Source: Saccharolobus sp. A20 (lineage in GTDB: Archaea; Thermoproteota; Thermoprotei_A; Sulfolobales; Sulfolobaceae). From it: a DNA stretch of 24,000 nt. Both the position numbers and the translations under genes were made by a program. The stretch is from assembly GCF_001719125.1 (NCBI RefSeq), contig NZ_CP017006.1, positions 1,912,384 to 1,936,383 on the forward strand, read 5' to 3'. This document shows positions 1 to 7,200 of this stretch, one piece after another. Numbering within the stretch: position 1 is the first letter of the stretch; each line of letters starts with the position of its first letter. The notes beneath the pieces were generated by a model that saw only the letters and a program-made list of their open reading frames with translations, was not told the origin of the DNA and did no database searches.

Positions 1-126
1 GCCCTGTACAAACTCAACTTCCATGGCGTTAAGCCCAAGTTCCTTAACAGTCTTTATACCATCAATAGTATTCTTCTTTTTAGCTGAATGAGGAACTCCA
101 GCAGGTCCAAGATAAATTTTTACCAT
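1..126 (-). CDS. 5' end (42 codons) of a gene continuing beyond the window; tentatively AP-endonuclease family 2 / xylose-isomerase-like TIM-barrel (endonuclease IV-like)
   Basis: Reverse complement of 1-126 reads from ATG (126-124) as MVKIYLGPAGVPHSAKKKNTIDGIKTVKELGLNAMEVEFVQG with no stop. The GxAGxP...LGLxAxExxF pattern recalls N-termini of endonuclease IV-type TIM barrels. Absent from the ORF track because it is truncated. Confidence 0.35.
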   Translation of the reverse strand, partial: MVKIYLGPAGVPHSAKKKNTIDGIKTVKELGLNAMEVEFVQG

Positions 127-353
127 ATAATATATCTAAATTATAACCATTTTTAAAGAGTAACCTAGTGAAGGTGAGCGATAAACTTGCGTACCCTTAC
201 AAAATAAGAAAAGTCTTGCTATTTATGGTGGGCAGTTTTCGATTAGCCCATCCAAGGATATTCTTAAATTTTTACTTACGCGGAACATTTGACTCTATTG
301 TTTATACGAGGTAAATGAGGAAATATTAATATAACTTAAATTATTAATTAATC

Positions 354-971
354 TTGTTGATTAAGGGAATCATCAGAGTACTTAGTTATAAGGGCGGGGT
401 AGGTAAGACTTCCATTTCACTTGCTCTGGCAAGAATAATTTCTCTCTCAAGTTATAAAGTATTAGTTTACGATATGGATAATTTATTTACAATATCGAAA
501 CTGACTGAATCTAAAGAATGTGAAATTAATAGACATTTAACTTTTGATGTATATCACTGTAATAAGCATGATAATAAGTTTTTAACCTTAGACTATGATT
601 ATGTTATTGTAGACACTTATCCTGGAATTTTGACAAATGAATTGCCAAAAATGGAAAGCGAGAAAATATTTAATATCTTTATTACAGACTACTTCTCTCT
701 TGTTGATACCCTAGAATATATTAAGCTTTGGGAGGATGTTAAAGTAACAAATTTGTTAGTTGTAAATTTAATAAGTTTAGATGAGGAGGATCAGAATTAC
801 ATTAATCAGACACCTTCCTTGAGTTATAATAATGTTATCAGAAGTATAGTAAAGAACAAAAATGTAAAGGTTGATCATATTACAATAATACCGTTTATAA
901 AGGATTATTATGGCTCATACAAGATTGATTTCCCCAAAGTTGAATCGCTAGTTGGTCGAATATTGTTTTAA
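354..971 (+). CDS. ParA/MinD-family P-loop ATPase (deviant Walker A), orphan
   Basis: 205-aa ORF with a TTG start. N-terminal IRVLSYKGGVGKTSISLALA is a deviant Walker A with the signature lysine (KGGxGKT). DYVIVDTYPG is Walker-B-like (hhhhD). Confidence 0.75.
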   Translation: MLIKGIIRVLSYKGGVGKTSISLALARIISLSSYKVLVYDMDNLFTISKLTESKECEINRHLTFDVYHCNKHDNKFLTLDYDYVIVDTYPGILTNELPKMESEKIFNIFITDYFSLVDTLEYIKLWEDVKVTNLLVVNLISLDEEDQNYINQTPSLSYNNVIRSIVKNKNVKVDHITIIPFIKDYYGSYKIDFPKVESLVGRILF

Positions 972-1044
972 TTAGAGCTAATGTTTGTATATAATCCTTA
1001 CTTTGACTCGTTGCTATTTATAGTCAAGTATAAATCATATAAAC

Positions 1045-1052
1045 TTTTTAAA
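1045..1052 (+). promoter_or_regulatory. TATA-box candidate for the CBS gene (leaderless-type spacing)
   Basis: TTTTTAAA is centred about 26 nt upstream of the ATG at 1075, the usual archaeal TATA-to-TSS distance. No SD-like motif lies between them. Confidence 0.4.
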
Positions 1053-1074
1053 CAGCTGAAAAAGATATGAATTT

Positions 1075-1461
1075 ATGATTAAGGATATAATGTCCAAAAA
1101 AATTTTAGTAGCATATGAGGAAGATCCATTAGTAAATGTTGCTGACTTTATGAGAAAAAATAATATTGGCGCTGTAGCAGTAATTGATAAGAATGGTAAA
1201 CTTATTGGTATTTTAACTGAGAGAGATATTGTAAGAGCAGTAAGTGATGGAAATCTAGATGCAAAAGTAAAAGACTACATGACTAGGAATGTAATAGGGG
1301 TAAAAAGCGAGATTTCAGAAGCTGAAGCTGGAGAAATAATGTTGGAAAATCATTTTAGACACCTACCAATAGTTGATGACGATAATAAGGTAATAGGAAT
1401 TGTCTCAATAAGGGATATTGCAAAAAGTCTTCTTTATCTAGAAAAAAGTAAATTTTCATAA
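1075..1461 (+). CDS. CBS-domain pair protein (stand-alone Bateman module)
   Basis: 128 aa with two CBS-like repeats (IMSKKILVAY...AVAVIDKNGKLIGILTERDIVRAV and YMTRNVIGV...HLPIVDDDNKVIGIVSIRDIAKSL). T5 and T6 tracts follow the stop at 1477-1481 and 1491-1496. Confidence 0.85.
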   Translation: MIKDIMSKKILVAYEEDPLVNVADFMRKNNIGAVAVIDKNGKLIGILTERDIVRAVSDGNLDAKVKDYMTRNVIGVKSEISEAEAGEIMLENHFRHLPIVDDDNKVIGIVSIRDIAKSLLYLEKSKFS

Positions 1462-1659
1462 TGTACTGCAATATTATTTTTGAATTTTAATTTTTTAATA
1501 ATAAACCTTATTATTAACTTAATATTTTAGAGCGGAATAAGAAGTATATTTCTTTAGATTATCTTACACTTATATCTCTTCTTGATAGCTTAATATTTCA
1601 GTCTATTCGTAACCGTTTATCCCTACACTGTCATTCATATCATTTGACAATAAAATGTC

Positions 1660-1680
1660 AAGCCTCGCCCTTTAGGGCGG
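1660..1680. repeat. GC-rich hairpin repeat, copy 1 (AAGCCTCGCCCTTTAGGGCGG)
   Basis: 21-nt string identical to 17685-17705. Stem CGCCC/GGGCG with a TTTA loop. The flanks are also related (ACAATA 6-7 nt upstream, AGT(T)AAGGT downstream). Confidence 0.6.
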
Positions 1681-1987
1681 AAAAGGAGATCAGTTAAGGT
1701 GAAATATATGGACTTAGTTATCAACCACCTACTTAGGGCAGGTTATACAGTTATTTGTCGCATAGGATTTTGCCTAAATTTAAGTCTTATAGCGCACTAA
1801 AGTTTTTTATAAAATCACGATTTGTAAGGTCAAAAAGCAAAAAATTACGAGATGCTAAGATAACTAAATATAAGCGAAAAATTTCATCAGTGTTGTTTGT
1901 TTTTCAACCGATTATATATTATTCAAACAACTGTGCCAATAAGACGATTAAAGAAAATAATAAATCTAACACGTATACATTTTTTGT

Positions 1988-2359
1988 ATGGAGGCAATTA
2001 GGAGATTTGTAAATGATATTGAAAAATCAAAGGATCCATATGAGATAGAGATCCTAAAAAACTTATGGAGGAATAAAACAATGGTAATAAGTCAAAATTT
2101 AAACGTAGCAGAGGAAGAGGAAGGAGATAGATTAAAACTGCTTGTCTTAAAGGGAGCTGAAGCTATAATAATACATAAGCCTACCGATGTGTTCATCTAC
2201 ATAGAGAATATTTCGTCAGTGGAATTAGAGACATTAAGATATCTAGTAATAAAGAAAAAAGGAGTAGAGGCAGATAACGATTTCGTTAGTTTGGCATATG
2301 AGTACCTTAGCGTGAAAAATAAAGGAAAAATAGGTATTATTAATAAAATAAATAATTAA
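1988..2359 (+). CDS. hypothetical protein (123 aa, acidic centre, no motif recognised)
   Basis: Clean ATG-initiated ORF in an otherwise stop-dense AT-rich region. No family recognisable by eye. Confidence 0.5.
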   Translation: MEAIRRFVNDIEKSKDPYEIEILKNLWRNKTMVISQNLNVAEEEEGDRLKLLVLKGAEAIIIHKPTDVFIYIENISSVELETLRYLVIKKKGVEADNDFVSLAYEYLSVKNKGKIGIINKINN

Positions 2360-2404
2360 TAAATCTTAGATAGTTATTTAAGCTAGTCTGTTCTCTTAAA
2401 TTCT

Positions 2405-3397
2405 GTGAAAGCCCTAGTTTTCGATAAAAGTGGATTAGATAACTTAAAGGTAAGAGAATTAGAAACACCTCAATTAGGTCCTCATGACGTGTTAATAAGA
2501 GTTGTTGAATCTGGCGTAAATCCAATAGATTATTTCGTAGTGAATTATATCCCTGTAAAGCCAATGCCACATATCCCCGGAGCTGAAATAGCAGGAACTG
2601 TAGAAAGAGTTGGTGATCACGTCAAAGGCCTAAATCCAGGAGATAAGGTAGTTGTTTATAATAGAGTATTCGATAATAGTTGTGATTTGTGCCTAGCTGG
2701 AAAGGAAATGTTATGTAGAAATGGAGGAATAATGAGTGTGGTAACAAATGGTGGATGGAGCGAATATTTTGTAGTGCCAGATAAAAATTTATTTAAGATT
2801 CCAGAAAATATGAGTTGGGATATTGCTGCTAGTTTACCTGTTGCCGCTCTAACTTCGTACCATGCATTGAAAGAGTTAGAAGTCAGTCCTAATGATATAG
2901 TAGTTGTGTTTGGAGCAAGTGGAAATACGGGCATTTTTGCAGTTCAACTCGCTAAAAAATTTGGCGCAACTGTTATAGCAGTATCCAGAAAACAATGGCT
3001 AAAAGAATTTGGCGCTGACCATGTTGTAGGATATGATGACGTCTCTGAGAAGGTAAAGCAGTTAACCGACGGAAAACTGGCTACTGTAGTAATAAATTCG
3101 TTAGGTTCATCGGTGTGGAGTAAGAGCTTGGAGGTTCTAGGTTATGACGGAAAACTAGCATTTTTCGGAACGTTAACAGGGGGCAATATAAATCTAGATC
3201 TTGGATCACTTTATGGTAAGCACGTGAAGTTAGTTGGAACTACTGGAGGGAGTAGAAAGGAGTTAATAGAACTTATTCAATTATGTAAAGACTGTAAAGT
3301 GAAAGTTTGGAAAACGTACAAATTAGAAGAGGGTGCAGAAGCACTTAAGGAGGAAATGGGTTCAAATAGAGATGGTAGGATAATGATCAAGATATAA
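2405..3397 (+). CDS. medium-chain dehydrogenase/reductase (zinc-ADH / quinone-oxidoreductase-like) NAD(P)-dependent oxidoreductase
   Basis: 330 aa, GTG start giving MKALVFDK. Has the GroES-like N-domain (GVNPIDY, PGAEIAGTVERVG), a structural-lobe motif DNSCDLCLAGKEMLC, and the Rossmann motif VFGASGNTG. Confidence 0.85.
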   Translation: MKALVFDKSGLDNLKVRELETPQLGPHDVLIRVVESGVNPIDYFVVNYIPVKPMPHIPGAEIAGTVERVGDHVKGLNPGDKVVVYNRVFDNSCDLCLAGKEMLCRNGGIMSVVTNGGWSEYFVVPDKNLFKIPENMSWDIAASLPVAALTSYHALKELEVSPNDIVVVFGASGNTGIFAVQLAKKFGATVIAVSRKQWLKEFGADHVVGYDDVSEKVKQLTDGKLATVVINSLGSSVWSKSLEVLGYDGKLAFFGTLTGGNINLDLGSLYGKHVKLVGTTGGSRKELIELIQLCKDCKVKVWKTYKLEEGAEALKEEMGSNRDGRIMIKI

Positions 3398-3400
3398 AGG

Positions 3401-4171
3401 CTAAAAGACTACTGATGTAGGTTCTCTAATAATACTTTTAACATATTCCACAAGCTGTGAAATTTCTTTGGGTTGTTCTATATCTTTGAAATGTTTTTGT
3501 ATGAATAGGGGATAGAAAGGAACAATAAATTTAGCAGGTTTCTGTAGAATTTCGTCACCTTTTAAAAGTTCGTTGATACTATTTTCTTGTTCCTTAATCA
3601 CCTTATTTAGTACAATAGCCCATATTCTTAAGAATCTTGCATTTTCTGGTAAGTTAAGGTGTAGAAGGTCTTCTACTTCATGCTTTATGAAATCATTTAG
3701 TAATGAAGTGTAATTTAAGTATCTCTTAATTGATAGTTCATCACTACTTAAAATTAAAATTACGTTATAAGTATATGCTTTAAAGCTTTCGATAAAGGCT
3801 TTTAGTTCGATCTCGATGGCAAAGTCATGGGGTAGAGAAGAATGATCTACTATGACAATATCTGAATCGTCTAGCAACTTCTTATATAGATATTTAAACC
3901 CATTAAGATCTACTTCTTCAAGATTTGTATCAGTTGAAAAGCTCATATTTATTACATTTAAATTTCCCTTGGTAGTGTAAAATGATTCATTTTTTCCTCT
4001 TAGAAAGGAGAAGATACTATTATTTAAATTATATATTTTACTTATAGTACCAGAGAATGTCTTGTCCACTAATGTTACAGCATAATATTGGCTCAATTCC
4101 TTAGCAAGATAATAAGCTATCATTGATTTTCCGGAACCGCCTTTGAATCCTAGCACATTTATTCTCAGCAT
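3401..4171 (-). CDS. ParA/MinD-family P-loop ATPase with extended C-terminal region, orphan
   Basis: 256 aa. MLRINVLGFKGGSGKSMIAYYLA is a deviant Walker A (KGGSGKS). SDIVIVDHSS is Walker-B-like. About 100 aa of C-terminal extension with no recognisable motif. Confidence 0.7.
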   Translation of the reverse strand: MLRINVLGFKGGSGKSMIAYYLAKELSQYYAVTLVDKTFSGTISKIYNLNNSIFSFLRGKNESFYTTKGNLNVINMSFSTDTNLEEVDLNGFKYLYKKLLDDSDIVIVDHSSLPHDFAIEIELKAFIESFKAYTYNVILILSSDELSIKRYLNYTSLLNDFIKHEVEDLLHLNLPENARFLRIWAIVLNKVIKEQENSINELLKGDEILQKPAKFIVPFYPLFIQKHFKDIEQPKEISQLVEYVKSIIREPTSVVF

Positions 4172-4804
4172 TTCTATTTATCCTTAACCAATTCTAGCTT
4201 ATAAAATTATATTATAAATTATAAAGATAAAGACTGATCCATTTGATAAACCTATATAAACTTTATATGTTTATACATTCATGTATTTGAGCGTTTTATC
4301 AAATTACTTAATACCTTATTCTTTAGATAGGTTTTAACTATTATTAACAGATTAGATGAGTTTCCAGTGAATTATTAGTTATACAAATTCTAAGTAAAAT
4401 TAATGTCGATTTATCAGCCCATTATTTTAACCTAAGACGACGCCTTTTGTTGACCTATAATAAATAATATTATATTTACATATGTGTGAATAGTAATTTC
4501 GTTTATTTGTAGAATAAGCTTATCAAGCGCTTTTATCTTAAATGGAACCTTATTTATCGAAAATTACTCATTATATTATATCTTACTGAACTTCTGTCAA
4601 TAAACATCACTTTTGACATTTTATATTAAAGTAGAAATTATTCTTATATATATTGTACAAAAAATCCTTAAAAATATTACATATTTTTCTAACTAAACTG
4701 ATACCATTTAGTTATAAATATCTTAAAATTTTTTAACTCAATATTTTATATCAGTGATAATGTTTTAAAAGAAAAGCCAATTATTAGTGTAGATCTAATA
4801 TAAA

Positions 4805-5029
4805 TCATGAAATAGCATTATAAGCGTTTTTCTGTTTTAGGTATTTTAGGTACTCATAAATTGCCTCTCTGATTAAATCACTTCTACAGTTGTAATTAAA
4901 TTTACTAACTAAATAGTCTATTATTTCCAAAAGATTATCGTCGAGCTTAAAGCTTACTACTGTTGATTTTTCTATGTCAATGATGAATGTAGTATCATTG
5001 ACTCGAGTTATTTTTTCCATGACTTTCAC
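4805..5029 (-). CDS. ribbon-helix-helix (CopG/Arc/MetJ-type) DNA-binding protein
   Basis: VVSFKLDDNLLEIIDYLVSKFNYNCRSDLIREAIYEYL fits beta-strand / helix / helix of RHH proteins. The track start at 5029 is a GTG. An ATG at 5020 (MEKITRV...) is an equally plausible start. Confidence 0.65.
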   Translation of the reverse strand: MKVMEKITRVNDTTFIIDIEKSTVVSFKLDDNLLEIIDYLVSKFNYNCRSDLIREAIYEYLKYLKQKNAYNAIS

Positions 5030-5220
5030 TGTAATAATATATATAAAATTCCCTTATATATATTTATATTTTATCCCATTATGTGATGTACGATAGAAGG
5101 AGAATAATATTCATGATTTCTGTAAGAATGACTTAGATTTCTAAATCTTGAAAAAACAATGAATTAAAATCATTAGTATGAAGATCGAATATTTCCTTTA
5201 TTCATATAATATAAATGATT

Positions 5221-5400
5221 TTAGTTTTTTTCAAAGTTAAGAGATATAATTATAAGTAACGTGCCAAGTAAGAGGCAGTAAAACGTATAATCACCTAATA
5301 CCTCCGTTAAGATGTTATTTTTAGTATAAAGTATTGATGATATAATTAACTCTATTATTCCAGTCAGCACGAACGATCTTCCGAGATTATAAATTTTCAT
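5221..5400 (-). CDS. unannotated small membrane protein (59 aa, two hydrophobic segments)
   Basis: Hand translation of the reverse complement gives MKIYNLGRSFVLTGIIELIISSILYTKNNILTEVLGDYTFYCLLLGTLLIIISLNFEKN, then TAA. Its ATG (5400-5398) overlaps the TGA (5399-5397) of the upstream 164-aa ORF as ATGA. It is below the ORF-track length cutoff. Confidence 0.45.
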   Translation of the reverse strand: MKIYNLGRSFVLTGIIELIISSILYTKNNILTEVLGDYTFYCLLLGTLLIIISLNFEKN

Positions 5401-5891
5401 TTTTTACTCACCTTCTGTAATATCAAATAAAATGATGCTACCAAAGTTATCGTAAGAGCTAATGTTTCATACTCGTACTTATTATAATTCTTCGTTCCGG
5501 TATGTAGGATATAATAGGGTATAGTCCTATATATATTCGGACCTAATTGGATAGTTGATCCTATAAGAGTAATATTTTCTCCATTTCCTATTGCATGTAT
5601 GACTATTCCGTTATAGACATCGATGTAGACAGTAAAGTTATTAATTGACATAGTAGTTACGAGGATTCCATCATAAGTAGTTAAGTTGTTTGCAGTATAG
5701 TTAGGAATAAATATTAAGAAAGAGGGATATGAAACGATATATGACAAATAGATATTGTTACTTATTTGTGTTACATTTGCTAATATTGAATTATTTTCAA
5801 TACTAATTATTTTTATTAGCAGATAATAACTTATATGATTGCCGGTAACCAAATAAAGCAATGTAGCATTAATTATATCCATTTTTATCAC
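5397..5891 (-). CDS. hypothetical beta-rich protein with a single C-terminal TM anchor (paralog of 8688-9167)
   Basis: 164 aa. C-terminal TLALTITLVASFYLILQ followed by KVSKK. It starts immediately after the stop of the ArnR-like gene (5892). It shares the spaced motifs NxI(S/T)YY(L/I)(L/I)xx(I/F)IS and (V/A)YNG(I/L)(V/I)(I/L) with the 159-aa ORF. Confidence 0.6.
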   Translation of the reverse strand: MIKMDIINATLLYLVTGNHISYYLLIKIISIENNSILANVTQISNNIYLSYIVSYPSFLIFIPNYTANNLTTYDGILVTTMSINNFTVYIDVYNGIVIHAIGNGENITLIGSTIQLGPNIYRTIPYYILHTGTKNYNKYEYETLALTITLVASFYLILQKVSKK

Positions 5892-6698
5892 CTATTTCAT
5901 CGAAATATATGCGAATATACCTAATAGAGTAGAAAAAATCAGCATAAAGAGCCAAATTATCGCAATTAAGTGAACAACATCATAATTTTTAAAATATATT
6001 AATATAGGGGACGTTAAAGACAGTATTGCCATTAATTTTAACAATGAAGTCTCGTAATTTATACTAAAAGTCATTTTTAACAATATTTTTAGAAATACAT
6101 TTCTTCTTAATTTCACTAAAATCGGTATTTTATATGCTATTTTTTTGCCTTCAACATTTAGTACATAAATTTGATAACTCTTGCCAAGTAGATTCTTTTT
6201 ACTTACTCTCTTAAACATTTTTCTTTCAGTGAATAGATCTAAATAGTATTTTAATGTTTGTGTTGATACCCCTAGTTCTTTTGATACTTTACCAGGATTT
6301 ACCTCTCCGTTATTTAGTAGAGATATCTTAACTAGTTCAATAAGGTAGAAGAGCTGAACCAGATTCTCCCCAAGGGACGATAAGGGGTTATTTAATTCCT
6401 GCTTTATACTTCTATCATCGTTGATAAGAAGTTTATTCAAAATACTTACTAGTTGTCTGCCTTTTTCTGATAAATCGTATATATCATATTTAACCTTGAT
6501 AACTAGCTCTTTCTCTATTAATTTTCTAATAGCATCAGTAACAGATTTTTTACTGTTACCAGTTATGTTGGCGATTTCAGAGACGGAACAAGGACCCTTA
6601 GAATTGATTGTAAACAGTATATCCCATTGTAACTTTGATCTAGAGAAGTCTATTATAGAATCTAATTGCTTCAAAGTATTAAATATGTTAGTGTCCAT
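5892..6698 (-). CDS. arnR: ArnR-like membrane-anchored transcription regulator (two winged-helix domains plus two C-terminal TM helices)
   Basis: 268 aa. wHTH 1: CSVSEIANITGNSKKSVTDAIRKLIEKELVIKV...LSEKGRQLV. wHTH 2: NPGKVSKELGVSTQTLKYYLDLFTERKMFKRV. C-terminus: LLKLMAILSLTSPILIYF and VVHLIAIIWLFMLIFSTLLGIFAYI. The architecture and the position next to the archaellum operon match ArnR of Sulfolobus acidocaldarius. Confidence 0.65.
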   Translation of the reverse strand: MDTNIFNTLKQLDSIIDFSRSKLQWDILFTINSKGPCSVSEIANITGNSKKSVTDAIRKLIEKELVIKVKYDIYDLSEKGRQLVSILNKLLINDDRSIKQELNNPLSSLGENLVQLFYLIELVKISLLNNGEVNPGKVSKELGVSTQTLKYYLDLFTERKMFKRVSKKNLLGKSYQIYVLNVEGKKIAYKIPILVKLRRNVFLKILLKMTFSINYETSLLKLMAILSLTSPILIYFKNYDVVHLIAIIWLFMLIFSTLLGIFAYISMK

Positions 6699-6760
6699 GC
6701 CTGTATAACATTATAGTTTGTATCTATTTAAACATTTGATATAATTAGACAAAATGCCAC

Positions 6761-7165
6761 TCAGTTGCAAATATTTACATTCCTTTTCATCATGGTCGCT
6801 AAGAAATCTATTCCCTCATACTTATCCAAAATCATAACATCAGAGTTAATTTTTAGAATTAAATTTTCATTTGATATAACTATACTACACTCATTTAGGG
6901 TTGTAGGAAAATATGCGGAAGTTAAGCTTTGTTCAAAAACTTTGAATTTTTTCATTATTAGTGATGCGATGTCTTTGCCATATATCTTCTTAACGTACTC
7001 ATATAATGTTTTCTCGTTTTTAATTTCTGGTATCTTGGACTCATAAGCTAAGTATGATGATAAAAACAACGTTGGAATTATCAATATGTATAATCTAATT
7101 GTTACTATTAAAGTGATTAACGAGGAAATTATCAAGAGTAAGGAAATCTTGTAACTCTCTCTCAC
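6761..7165 (-). CDS. hypothetical membrane protein (N-terminal TM hairpin plus about 90-aa soluble domain)
   Basis: 134 aa, GTG start. ISLLLIISSLITLIVTIRLYILIIPTLFLSSYL is hydrophobic and the remainder is charged/soluble. Same strand as, and 35 nt downstream of, the 491-aa ORF. Confidence 0.55.
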   Translation of the reverse strand: MRESYKISLLLIISSLITLIVTIRLYILIIPTLFLSSYLAYESKIPEIKNEKTLYEYVKKIYGKDIASLIMKKFKVFEQSLTSAYFPTTLNECSIVISNENLILKINSDVMILDKYEGIDFLATMMKRNVNICN

Positions 7166-7200
7166 AAGTATATTAACTTGAAGTGAAATATATAAATTTT

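Noticed and set aside
225-314. A 29-codon ORF (MVGSFRLAHPRIFLNFYLRGTFDSIVYTR) and a 7-bp-stem hairpin (227-233 / 246-252) in the divergent intergenic region upstream of the first ParA-like gene; slightly GC-richer than the surroundings.
   Set aside because: Too short, with no motif, no repeat elsewhere in the window and no recognisable RNA-family signature. It cannot be distinguished from promoter or leader sequence by eye.
1755-2012. 85-aa plus-strand ORF from the track, very basic and low-complexity (KSKKLRDAKITKYKRK...).
   Set aside because: It uses a TTG start, overlaps the start of the better-looking 123-aa ORF, lies in stop-rich decayed DNA downstream of the hairpin repeat, and has no motif. 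Likely spurious.
2340-2934. Two minus-strand ORFs (2340-2570, 2656-2934) from the track.
   Set aside because: They are antisense shadows within or adjacent to the well-supported MDR oxidoreductase gene, with no motifs.
4554-4619. A 21-codon minus-strand ORF (MSKVMFIDRSSVRYNIMSNFR) about 185 nt downstream of the RHH gene. Its MFID-x-S-x-V start faintly resembles the N-terminus of PIN-domain (VapC) toxins, suggesting a decayed RHH-PIN toxin-antitoxin pair.
   Set aside because: The resemblance covers only a few residues. The continuation is full of stops in all frames with no further PIN motifs, and the gap to the RHH gene is atypically long for a TA operon.
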